From Octopus vulgaris (Eukaryota): a stretch of DNA of 64,000 nucleotides. Where the stretch lies: NCBI GenBank assembly GCA_951406725.2, contig OX597820.1, positions 92,690,001-92,754,000 on the forward strand, in the 5' to 3' direction. Below, piece after piece: positions 24,900-37,925 of this stretch. A program made the translations under genes and the position numbers. Positions within the stretch are counted from its first letter, which is position 1. Each line of letters opens with the position of its first letter. Below the pieces are notes generated by a model. That model searched no databases. It worked only from the letters and a program-made list of their open reading frames with translations, and was not told the DNA's origin.

Positions 24900-27880
24900 C
24901 CAAACACAGAAAGCATATCAAAATGAACAAGGAAGCACAGCAAGGTTACATAATACATAAAATCAACAACAATTTCTATTATACACGAAGATATACCGCT
25001 AAATAATACTCTGCTGCTTTAAAGTGCATATCTAGTATAAATTTTAAATAGTTGTTGATTTTTTAAGATCTACTCATCGTTCTCCGTTGAAATTATAAAT
25101 CAGATCGTGTCGCTATACATGTGATGTAATTTATGATCTATTATTTTGTGCCGTTTCATTATCTATGTTCAACCTCGTGGCATCCTTGTCCGAATAAGTC
25201 TCCCATATCACTTACTATTTTGTATCCCTCGAGAGCCATAAAATACAGAAGAAAACATATCTATGTGGTCTATATTTTCAAAAAGACGTCTTTGAAGCAA
25301 GTTTTTCAGGATGATCTAGTTGTTGAAACCAGGGAAAATAGAAAGATATATTATCAATTCTTTAATATAAGTTACGCGCATTTCCTTATAACGACAGCGG
25401 CTAATGGAAGTACTTTTGCTTTTATATCACCTGATCAGAGCTGAAGTTGGAATTTTTTCATAGTGAACTGAACAGTTTGTTAAGATTCGAGATTAAACCA
25501 GCAGATCTAACGCACAATACACTAAATGCATATTTTCTTTCGTAAAGGTAAACATAGAAGCTCCACAGGACTGCATTTTAAGATCGCAACTGTATTGCAT
25601 TAACAATTGCGCAAGCTTAGACGTTACTCACGAGCAAGTATGACCTAGTAAATCTTACTGTGCTTTTGTTAAGTTCCTATATATTCGGGAATAGACATAG
25701 ATACCATCTCGATTCTCTCACAAGTGACTGAAGCTGAGGGGTGAAGCAACTGCACCAGCGATCATCTGGTCTCGGCTAGTGGTGGTCTGTCCTCGGGCAG
25801 GTCTTCTACGTGTAAGCCTTTTTCAGTAATCTCTATACCACCCGAGAGCGCCCTTCCCTGCCACAAGGAAATAGATTACTGGAACTTCGGCTTCTATAAC
25901 TAGACTTGATATGAATACCGGACAGTTTTCTTACTGACTTCCCCAGTCTGGGGAAGTCAAATAAAGTGCCATGTTCAAGAATATAACACAGTGCTCTATC
26001 CAGTAATCGAAATCTGGACCTTATGATCATGAACCCATTGCTGTATCCACAGAGGCAGACGAGTTTAAAATTTCTTTGTTACAATCATTGGCATCTTATT
26101 GTCGGAATCTCTCTGTTGCACTGGTGCTAGAAAGTTATACAATTTGCTACAAGTAACCGATATAGTGATTGTTTACTTGGTGTGATATCACATGAAACCA
26201 ATATGTTGAGAAAACTTTTTAGGATATCGTTATATTGATAAAAAGAAAGTCGTGTGTCGAGCAATCTAACTGATATCAGTGTTTGTGTAAGTATATATTA
26301 TATAAAATTTCCTGGCCAGTTTATCCTCCAGTCCTCGTATTTGAAGATTAAAGAAATGGATATTATGTATTGATGTGTTAAAGCTATAGTATTACAGCAT
26401 TTTGGAGTTAGTTCTTACGAACTGAATAACTACTTCTCTCCACACTATTAGTATCCAATACCTGGATAAGTTTGTATTCACTGCATCGAAATTCAGTGTG
26501 GAAGACATGTTCCATGTATAAGTTCTTTCTTATGTGTTACGCATACCCCTAGAAACAAGGCAACTTGTTGAGAAGTGGTTTATTTTTAAAGCATTAAATA
26601 GGGCTGAACTCTTCTAGAATGAACGATCATCTAAAATATTGCTTCTATAAAATGAATATAGTATATATTTGACATTCGTTCCTTCTGAGTTTTCACCCTT
26701 GGAGTCAATAAAATAAGTACCAGTTGAACACTGGGATCGATATAATCGACTATTTGCCTTCCCGCAATTACTGTCCTTCTACCAAAGATTGAAATCAATA
26801 TTCATTAAGTATTTTGTTTTTTGAAACCATGTTTAACTTTTAATTATAATAAAAGAGAGAACACAGCTTATTTGGTGCGGACGATAGCCATTGATTTAAC
26901 ATAACGACCAGAAATGTTAACATTAATATAATGGCACTTGCATTTCTGTGAAGAAGGAATTTTGGTTCAGTTACTTACCACTCTTAAAGTGTTATTATCG
27001 ACAGGGAATTATTTAGCGCCAGCTATACTAATGCTATTCTACGTAAAGGTGACATTTGACCCATAATCTATCAAATTTCTACATTTATATATGTTACAAT
27101 CGATCAATTATTTATAAACTGAGGAGTTTATACGACCATAATCGTAGTCATTGCTCCACTTTTCTGGCAACTAACGACTACTCGTTCAAAGTTCACTAGA
27201 TTTGAGAAGCTATAAACTAGACTCATTAGTATTGAATGCCATTTTGTCAGGTTCTCAGTTGCAAATAGCTTCAGGTTCGCTCCGAGTTCACTTGTGATAC
27301 TATACTGTTCTAATTTGATTATTTGCCTACACATTTCCAAAATTTCGTCAATACAGATCTCAATAATGTGACAATTTGCCGAATAGTATAAATGAAGTTA
27401 ACTACGAATTAAGATTCTTAATTATTTGCTGTATCGTACTGCATTACTGAAATATCGCTTGATAACATAGACGATCAATAAATAGAATGCAGCATTGTGT
27501 AATGCATTACGTGTATACAATAAGTTTCGGCTGCTTTGTAATTACTCGTCGAGGCAGTAAACATATAACATTGGGATAAACGGTGTTTAAAGTGTCAATG
27601 CCGTATTTTTAAAGACTTCAACTTTCATCCCGATCTCAAATAAATCTAATAGTAGAGCATGCTGTAAGGGATATAAAAATTGCGAGCGTATAATATCTTC
27701 TAGTTGAGAGCATCTAATAATACCGAAACATATAAAGAGTTGTCACCATATTAACATAGATCACAATTTCTTCCCCACTATTCCATTACTTCCTCCTGTT
27801 TAGAACCATACTGGTTCAATGATATCTACAAATAATTGTTAACTTATTAAAAGCACAAATCTGAACTATGATCGTATATA
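24900..27880 (-). pseudogene. Decayed Cys-rich family copy G (longest, interrupted by SINE relics)
   Basis: NTVYPNVICLL (27587-27555), CHIIEICIDEILEMC, YSFSNLVNF..SCQK (ORF 27128-27340), GVCVTHKKELIHGTCLP..PGIGY (~26549-26455), LFGQGCHEVE (~25195-25166), then a hydrophobic stretch at ~24975-24895. Confidence 0.5.
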
Positions 27881-27883
27881 AAC

Positions 27884-27919
<36 letters not shown>

Positions 27920-27992
27920 GTTTATATACGATCATAGTTCAGATTTATGCTTTCATTAAGTTAACAATTATTTGTAGATATCATTGAACCAG

Positions 27993-27995
<3 letters not shown>
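27808..27995. repeat. Long palindrome: ~78-bp arms around (TA)n
   Basis: atactggttcaatgatatctacaaataattgttaac...tataaacatta is mirrored as taatgtttatatacg...tgaaccagtat, with about 4 mismatches. Confidence 0.95.
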
Positions 27996-28025
<30 letters not shown>

Positions 28026-28026
<1 letters not shown>

Positions 28027-28628
28027 ACTTGGTGTTGAATAGATATACTATTAAATTAGTATCTAATTCTCTCACCCTTATTAATTAATTATAATTATGC
28101 TACATTTATTTCTAAATGTAGTATTTGATTCCCTGAAAGTTTGGCGCCCTGTTGGTAGAGGCATTTGAATTATAACGTCGGATGTAATCAATTGAACCAC
28201 ACGTGTATTTATCGTTATGGTAAAATCTGGCGTGTGATTGAGTGGATTTCATCCAGATAGTTTTGGCTGAGGAGCTACAAGTGAGTTTTTTGTGAGTAAA
28301 ATTACATGTAATTCATTAATAGCGAAACAATTGTCCCAAAATAATCTGTATTTTTGTTGTTTTTTATTTACCCTGTTCGTGTGAGCTAACAATCGTACTG
28401 GCTTTCATGGGAAACATGTATTTTTGTGGTTGAAACCTTTTGGATTTACTAGTGCTAGAGTGAGCCACATAGTGACCACTCTCTTATATTTATTTTTGTA
28501 TAAAATATTATAATATGTCATAAAATATTATAATAATCCAGGTTTCTCGGGGCACTGGGCAACTTGGTGTTGAATAGATATACTATTAAATTAGTATCTA
28601 ATTCTCTCACCCTTATTAATTAATTATA
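28026..28628 (+). mobile_element. Retrozyme-like element: 535-bp monomer with 68-bp terminal redundancy, inserted in (TA)n
   Basis: 28026-28093 is identical to 28561-28628. No ORF. Intact hammerhead inside and (TA)n on both sides. Confidence 0.75.
28254..28348 (+). ncRNA. Type-I hammerhead ribozyme, canonical core, GUC cleavage site
   Basis: CAGATAGTTTTGG-CTGAGGA-GCTA-(42 nt)-TAGC-GAAA-CAATTG-TC-CCAAAATAATCTG. Helix I has 12 of 13 pairs, helix II has 4 bp, and helix III is palindromic. Predicted cut 3' of C28335. Confidence 0.88.
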
Positions 28629-28659
28629 TATATATATATATATATATATTTGTATTATA

Positions 28660-29200
28660 CAGATTGTAGCCTGACGATAATGTGTATTAGTGAAATGTAG
28701 TGGAAAGCGTTTAAATAGTGGAAAAAGTTTTCACAACACGAAAAAAGAGTAAGCTGTAGTTTCGTCGAGGTGAGATAAAATGTTTGCCAATATTGCAGGA
28801 TAAACTAACTGCAATTTATGCAAAAGTTTATCCAACACCAGCAGTAAATATTTCACCTCTTTTCGAGGAATGTTTCAGCTAGAAATGTGAGACATATCTT
28901 CCTGAAGATATAAAATTTATTCCGCTATCTAATCTCTTTATAGAAAATACTGTTGCCAGCATCAATTGATTGATGCCAGTATGTCATTCATTAATATATA
29001 TGTATCTTTGCTTAATTTTCAAATGATAATTATTAGAAAACTAACCGAAGGAGGAAAACACGATATATCATTATCTACTCCAAATACTGTAAATAAAAAA
29101 AATCTAGTCAACCGTAAAGCATGGCTAAAGTGATTGATACCACGTATCCTGTAAACAGCATTTAATTCTCAGCTAGTCGTTGTTTATATGGTTGTAAATA
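28660..29200 (+). pseudogene. Decayed Cys-rich family copy H (distal part)
   Basis: CVLVKCSGKRLNSGK (28681-28725) matches the C-x-C-xGK-xL-xG-xC motif seen in copies F and G. Confidence 0.35.
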
Positions 29201-30049
29201 GGCTCTTGGAAGGCAGGGAGAAACTAAATTGTGTAAACTATTAATAGAAAATAAATAATTAGGAATGGTCCCTTTGCTGTTGGTACTGAGCTGTTTATTG
29301 TTCTGTTGATGTTGCTTTTAGTTTCCTATCAGCCATAAACCAATATAACTTCACATATATTTTGTTTTAAACAAGTGAGCTAGGTCGGTCAAGTCGTTAG
29401 AGTGTCGTACCTTGCGGTACTTATTTACGGTTCGTTGTTTTGAGTAGAAATTCTTTAGATTCTACCGAGAACGGTTTTACTATTCACTTTTCCAGGACTA
29501 ATGAAATGGCGTACCCGATATGTGCTGGAGTCAATTCATGTTCTGATAATGCATTTTTAATGTGAATAGAATTATACGACCGATATTTGATTACTCCTCA
29601 TTTACTGTATTTAGGACTACATTAACGAACATGTTTTTATTTTCTCGGAACGATGTAATTTGGGTAAAATCTGACTGCTATTTCTCGAAGGTCGAGCGAA
29701 TACGTAAATATTTCCACGTTACCTCGACCAGCCGTACTGAGGAGTGTTACGTTTAGGTCAAACAGACACTATCCTAAACGTAGTATTTGAAGACGATGCA
29801 TTCAGTTATGCTAATCTGACAAAAACTATTAAGAAATTGTTGTGTCTGGCGAGAGTCATTCTATTTTAGTGTCCTTATAATTTAATACACTCACCGTTAG
29901 CCATTGCTGTGAGAACTTTTACTTTTCTTTCTCCAAAATAAGAAGGAAATTTTAATTAATTAAGAATTGTGTGCATGGCATCATTACATTGGTCCATTTA
30001 TTTCTTTTATCATAATTAAGTTTTAATTTGTTGGCAATTTATCATCGCA

Positions 30050-30650
30050 GAGAAACATGGGTTTGAGAAATTGAAAGCAGATTCCGAAATCAACTCCCCA
30101 GGAGAACAACAGTCTTTTAGCTCATCAAGAACCTGCAGGAAGATTCTTTCCCCTAAAAGCAAGTATCCATTTTCATGGAAGTCTCAAACAATTACTAAGC
30201 AGAGCAGTCAACTGAACAGTGTGCTCATTTACAGTGAACAAACTTTCCAAAACTATTGTCATTAAATCTTTAAAAAACGCTTTACAATATATTATTCTTA
30301 TGAAAACGAACAACAGAAATATATTGAAATGAAAACAGATTTGTTTGCTGCGACCAAACTATCTCCCTTCTTCTATAAACTGCGAATAATATCAGTCACA
30401 GGGGAATATATATACAAATGGAAGCTAAAAACCTGCAGGAACGACTAAATAACTAGTTGGATCATTTCCAGGAGCTTTTTGATAATAACCCTACAAGTTT
30501 CAGGTTTACCCTCTGAAATTGATATTAAATATGATCTTAACGTCCAACTTTGACATTTGAAATAAAAACCCAGTTCAGATGTCGGCTGAAGGTTGTATCT
30601 TTTCAAACTCTAAATATGGTAATTAACTGTGGTTAAAACTTGCCAAATAT
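30050..30650 (-). pseudogene. Decayed Cys-rich family copy I
   Basis: VIIKK, SRSCRF, YSPVTDII (30408-30385), HCSVD, DTCF*GKESSC. Confidence 0.5.
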
Positions 30651-30929
30651 ATATACAGTTATATCAACATGATTCTACCACAAAATGTTATTGAACAACC
30701 AACAACACGGAGTCAGTGGGATCTAACGAAAACGACTTAGTATGCTCATGAAAAAAAACAGTCAACTTTTGCAAAATTATTAAGAGTTACAAGGCTTATA
30801 GAGGCAATAAAAGGATAAAAATATACCGGGACTTTCAAATGGTAGAAAGGATTATCATCAATATTATTATTATTATAGTCATCGATGTCGATGTCGTTGT
30901 TGTCGTTGTTATTGTTGTTGTATTCCATC

Positions 30930-31087
30930 CGCATTTACATTCCCGGTTCAAATTCCATCAAGGACGGCTTTGCTTTTCATCTTTGCGATGTCGATGAAAT
31001 AAGCAGAGGGGGAACACTGAAGTCGATGTAATCAACTAGCTTCACTACCCAAAATTTCATGCCTTGTTTCTAATGTAGAAAGGTTTA
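30930..31087 (+). mobile_element. SINE family 2, partial
   Basis: ggttcaaattcc...tttgcttttcatc...gtcgatgtaatcaact...caaaatttcatgccttg. Confidence 0.75.
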
Positions 31088-31743
31088 TTATTATTATTAT
31101 CCTCACCATCATCCTCAACTACAACAATGTTTTTAATTACTATTGATATTGCCAACATATGATAGAATGCGTCTGTTGTGTTTTAATATTCTGTTTATAC
31201 TACGTATGATGGTTGCTCCCTAAAACATGTTTCTGCAGTTCTACAGCTTGCTAGATGTTTGAATCGAATGTTTGATCTGACTCAATTATTTCTATGGCAG
31301 GAAATAATGTAAATATTTTTCAATGGAATTTTGCATTCGTAGAAATTGATCTCGATCGTTATGTTTTCTGCTTCAACTTACAACAACATGTTATTTGCCA
31401 AATTTCTAGCTACATTATATGAAAGAGTGTATTTGTTTTTATGTCAAGAGGATATATATATGAAGAGTAGATGTTTTCATAATCATTAATGTTCAAAAGA
31501 TTTGCTCAAAATAAAAATCGAAATGGATTAAAACAAGAACAAAAATAAAGTTGAATATGCCAGAGAATCCCTATAATTTTCCTGAACTGGATTGTATTTA
31601 CCTTGAAGTGATGTGGAGAATTAAGTGAATTAAACTACTGTATATTCTACTTGGTAGGGAAGAAGAAAATAGAGAAAAAGAAAGGAAGCAGAAACTATCT
31701 ATAGTAATCAGGGATAAAATCTTGCTTCTATACACGAGACCGA

Positions 31744-32760
<1,017 letters not shown>

Positions 32761-33099
32761 TTATACATATATAATTTATATATTTCCTTTCGAGTTGTTT
32801 ACTTACTAGGAAAATATAATTGTTTACAATTCTCCGTATGTAATGTTCAAAATTAATAAACATATCACACAGTTTTTAATAATAATCGTTAAGAGTACTT
32901 TTATATGTCTGCGTGTCCACGTTTTCAAGAAGCAGAGTATCAGTCAAGAATGCGACTGCTTGTGAATCCTCGAATGGTAATTGTGTTAATTTCATATTTA
33001 CCTAAGACATACGGAAACCAACACACGTCAAATAAACAAATACTGCTACTACATAAATAAATTATTCCTATATAAATAAATAAATTATTCCCAACCAAT

Positions 33100-33500
33100 A
33101 GTATTTACAGCGATGTGGACCCACTTTGTTATAGTTTAACACTTTAACTTCAGACAACACATGACAGTAACAGGATAAGAAAATGTTGAAATCCAACCCG
33201 ACTACTTAGGCTGTATGTCTGCATAAACTGCACTTAACTGGCCAAAGGTAAATGTACTAGTTTGTTTTTTTTTCTTTTTCTTTTTTAAAGATCCACCTAT
33301 GAGTTGTGCGTATCTCATGAACTCTCTGATATACGGAAAATAGTGTTTGATTTCTAAATTTCCATAATATTTAAGCGATCCGCATTGAGTTATGAGCAAT
33401 GATTCTAATAACTCATTGGTCCATTTGAGCGCAGCTGCTCAAGAATACAGTCTAATGTAATAATTGTGGAGTTCATTTAAGTCGGAGAGGAAACCATCCC
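33100..33500 (+). pseudogene. Decayed Cys-rich family copy J
   Basis: IRKC*..PDY, SCAYL, CLISKFP (33344-33364), NTV*CNNC. Confidence 0.45.
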
Positions 33501-34544
33501 TGTGGAGCTATATTCATAAAAAGAGTTAACCCAGCACACGGTTTATGAGACGCCGCTGAGTTTTACGTTTTGTGATGGCCTGTAGTTGTGAGTTTTACGT
33601 TTTCGAAAGTACATGATTTATTAAGTAAAGTAAACCGACATAAGTTAAGCGTCTTAAGACTGCACTATGAACCATCTCATATTCTTGTATGAGCTGAAGT
33701 GTCTATGAACCAGCTTATAAGCTTGTCTGAATAATAGATATTTTAGGTTTAGCATATCATTTTTTGAATAAAATATTTTCTTCTAAGTATTTATTTAAGT
33801 ACGGAGTATAATCACCGCTATGAAGTTACATTGGTTTAAGTATCATATAAAAATATTAAGAATATGAAATATATTTGTCATATACTAAATCAAACACTAT
33901 CTACCTAAAATGTATATCATACTATCTATGCCCTGAGTAATCTCTCGTACACGTGGGAAAAATGGTAAAACTGGTGTTTGTATATGCTTAAAAGAAATAC
34001 GGAGAGTGTTGTCATCTCAAATTTGATAGTTCTGCAGCATCTTTTTATTGAACACTTATGCGTAATACGCCCCTTTATTTTTCATCCACTTGTACTGCTT
34101 CTCGACATCATTTAATTATCGAGTATATTAAGAACATCATATCCGTTATTTGCCTCAAGGAAAATGTTTCATAGTAACAGTAAATTGTCTTTCATCTTTC
34201 CGGGATGGATAAAATGAGCACCAATTGTGTGGTGTCGATAGTGATGGCAATATAGCTGGCTTCAATTTGAACAATAATAAGAATTCTGATATTAACAATA
34301 TAAAGGCGTAGCATGGAAATAAAACGTGTAGTTTTATGGATGGATGGATGGATGGATGGATGGATGGATTTATGGATGGATATTTGTATGTATGTGTATA
34401 AATATGTAAGCGTATATTCATGTGTTTATGTGTGTGTATCTATCTATCTGTATGTACGTAGGTATGTATGCCTGTGTGTGTATATTATTGTATATATTTT
34501 GTAAGTGATGAGTTGGTAGTAATTATTAAAATTTTCTTATAAAG

Positions 34545-34848
34545 CGAGACGTTCCGGGTTCAAATTCCGCCACAGTCGTCTTTGCTTTCCATCTCTTTCG
34601 GAGTCGTTAAATTAAGTGCTATATGAACACTGGTGTCAATGTAATCGACTAAATCCCTCCCCGAAAATGCTGGTTTTGTGCCAAAAACTTGAAACTGGTA
34701 TTAACGGTGCTTCTGCCGTCGGTGCAGGCTTTGTTTCTTTTCCCTCCAAGGTCGATACATTGTCTATCAGTTGAACACTGGGATCGACGTAATCGATGTA
34801 CTTCTTCCCTCTAAATCACTAGTCTTGTGCAAAGTTTCGAACGAATAT
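34545..34848 (+). mobile_element. Two adjacent partial SINE family 2 copies
   Basis: The ...gaacactgg..tc.a.gtaatcga... core occurs twice (34545-34702 and ~34725-34848). Confidence 0.75.
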
Positions 34849-37199
34849 TAAAGGTAGTTGAAGAATCTTTCGCATCGAACTCTAGTTCTTTACATCTGCT
34901 GTATTCTTAAAGATTCTGCTTTCTGCAGTTCCACGTTACGTTTCCTTAGAATCTAATTTACATTTAATAAATATCTCTATTTTGACGTTAGAAGTGACAG
35001 AACAATTCCTGTTCTGCTGCGTAGATAACATATACACGATTATAAAGTAGACGGAAGCTTTTTAGAGTAACTCTTCGCAAGACGCTGTATTGCTTAGCAA
35101 ACTCCGTTGACGATAATTTCCGTTCTTCTGGTCACATAACTCACAAAACGAACAGCAATCGAGTTTAGCTTTCCACATTTGATGACTATGTAAAGCTAAA
35201 GACTATTATTCACTTAGCTCTAAATCGGAAGAGAGTAATAATCTTAAGTTTAATTATATGAGCTGATGGATATATTGTAGATAAATTTATGATCATAACT
35301 GCCGAAATTGTGAATATCCGTGTTATATATTGTACTTTTGTGTAGTACAAATTTTCAGGCATGAAGTTTTTCTCTCCAAAAGATCCTACTCATTCTTCAT
35401 TTTTCTCAATATAACTGAATACTATGAGCTCCAATATTTTTTCCATGCATGGTTAAGCAAGGGAAGAAATTATTAGAGACATTCAACCTTTTTTACGCAA
35501 GAAAAGATTTGACAATTCCTTCATTCAATAATATCTATAACCTTTCTTTCCTGTGCAAAGTGGGGCTGCGGCCAATTTTTAGAATTGATTTCTTCAAGAA
35601 AATCAATGTTAAAAAATTGATGAAACTATCACCATGAAAATGGTAATATATCGCTGGCCTGAACAGCCTGATCTCATGTAACATTACAATGATTCTTGTG
35701 TACGTATGTGTTTATCTCTGTATTTGCGTGTGAGTGTCTATGTATATGTGGTTGAGTGTCTCTGTATGTATATGTACCAAAAGGTTAATCAATATGTGTG
35801 AGTGTGCATGTACAAAAGGTTAATCAATATGTTTCATGTTCATATAACAACACAATTTCTGACATGTATTCAAGTGGTGCGAAACGTCATGTCAGAGGTA
35901 GTTTGCTACCAACTGGCTATACATACTTATCTATTTCATATCACAACTGGTGAATAATAGCATTGTTGGATACCGGTTTGTAAATGCTTAATTATTTATA
36001 CGGAAGAGTAATTGATTGTCTAACAAAGAGGAAGAAATATCATAGATTGTCTTTTTATTCGACAGTACCTATGTTGCAGTTCTTTCGTATATCTCTATTA
36101 GCGAAAGACACAAATAAACACACACACACACACATCTACATAACAAAAATACATACATGCATACATATTGTGGTGTTTTTCTGCACAGTTTTGGCCACTA
36201 CTTAATTTTACACATAAGGCTTTTGTAGTAAATATTTGCCCATAGCACTTCGTGGTGAGTTCGAAACTGCAGTCACATTATTAAGAAATGAACCTCTTAA
36301 CTAAACAACTATACAAGTCAGCATCTTTACTACATATAGTACATATTGTCTTTATCACATAGCTTTCGCATTCTCTAACATTTAAAATTGGATAAAATTA
36401 AACGGTATTTTTATATGTAATATATATTTGTTTGTTTATTTCCAAAATATAATTTCTTGTACATAGTTGTATAGCTTTATGGCAGATTTTAAATATACAC
36501 TTACAATCAATGAATAATATTTTATCGATGAATAATTCATTATTAATAAATAATAATTTTGTTATTACCAATAAATAACAGCGTTGTAAATTAATAATCT
36601 TTGTACCATATGATTTCACAAACATGTACCATTTGATAATTTTGTCATATTAAATTTATCATGTATGTATTTATAAGCACATATATGTATTCGTGTATTT
36701 ATTAATATCGATATATTAATTCATTATTACATCTATATTTCATAAAATAAGTGTATGTGTGAATCTGTGTTTACAGTTTATATACTGACATCAATATGTT
36801 ATATACATATGTATTTATATTTCAAATTAAAATACTATGCTTCGGACGTTATTAGTCATCGGAAGAAATGCAAATATTAACAAATGTTTTATCTTCAAGG
36901 ATTTAATATCAATTTGTTAATGAAATGCTGAAGATTGATGAAACTTAGAAGAAATTCGAATATAATGTTAGATAATAATCATTTATTTTGAACGGGAGTA
37001 GATTTGTAATGTGTATTGTTATAAATTAAGTTACATGTAACGTTTTCTCTTTATTTTCTATGAAGATATCTAGTGCCTTCGGGTTTATATGGTGACTCAG
37101 AGGACAGAAAGCGTTATCAACAATCCTGAGACCTAGTCTGTATAATTGCTACATAGCTTGAAATCTATTGGCAATATATTAATCATTGAATTAATGATG

Positions 37200-37365
37200 T
37201 AGGCGTAGGAGTGGCTGTGTGGTAAGAAGCTTGCTTACCAACCATATGGTTCTGGGTTCAGTCCCACTGCGTGGCATCTTGAGCAGGTGTCTTCTACTAT
37301 AACCACGGGCCGACCAAAGCCAATGAGTGGATTTGGTAGGCGGAAACTGAAAGAATCCCGTCGTA

Positions 37366-37420
<55 letters not shown>

Positions 37421-37634
37421 ATGTGTGTGTATACGTTGTGTGTCTGTGCTTGTCCCCCAAGCATCGCTTGACAACCGATGCTGGTGTGTTTACGTCCCCG
37501 TAACTTAGCGGTTCGGCAAAAGAGACCGATAGAATAAGTACTAGGCTTACAACGAATAAGTCCTGGGGTCGATTTGCTCGACTAAAGGCGGTGCTCTAGC
37601 ATGGCCACAGTCAAGTAACTGAAACAAGTAAAAG
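37200..37634 (+). mobile_element. tRNA-derived SINE family 1, full length
   Basis: aggcgtaggagtggctgtgtggtaag...ggttcagtccc head, central TA/TG tract and conserved tail. Confidence 0.92.
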
Positions 37635-37726
37635 CGTAAGGGATTAAAATATTGAAAAACAAAAATTTGACATTGGCTTACTTCTACCGGTTGAAAACAG
37701 CGCTTGTTGTCAAATATCAACTGTTC

Positions 37727-37925
37727 AATGGCAGAAATGTTAGCACGCCAGACAATATGATTGACGGTATTTCTTCTGTCTTTACGCTGAGCTGAGGTCG
37801 ACTTTGCTTTCATCCTTCGGGGTCGAGAAAATTAGTACCAATCAAGTACTGAGGGTCAATGTAATTTGCTTCCCCTCCCCCCCCCCAAAAAAAAATCTGC
37901 TAGCTGGGTGCCAAAATTAGAAATC
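37727..37925 (+). mobile_element. SINE family 2
   Basis: tggcagaaatgttagcacgcc...gaggtcgactttgctttcatccttcggggtcga... Confidence 0.8.

Noticed and set aside
35000-35650. Further Cys-rich family copy on the minus strand (SCLKICTTQK, NNFFPCL)
   Set aside because: Too few motifs to separate from chance, so it is not listed as a feature.
37200-37275. tRNA gene
   Set aside because: It is the tRNA-derived head of a multi-copy SINE and has no clean cloverleaf.
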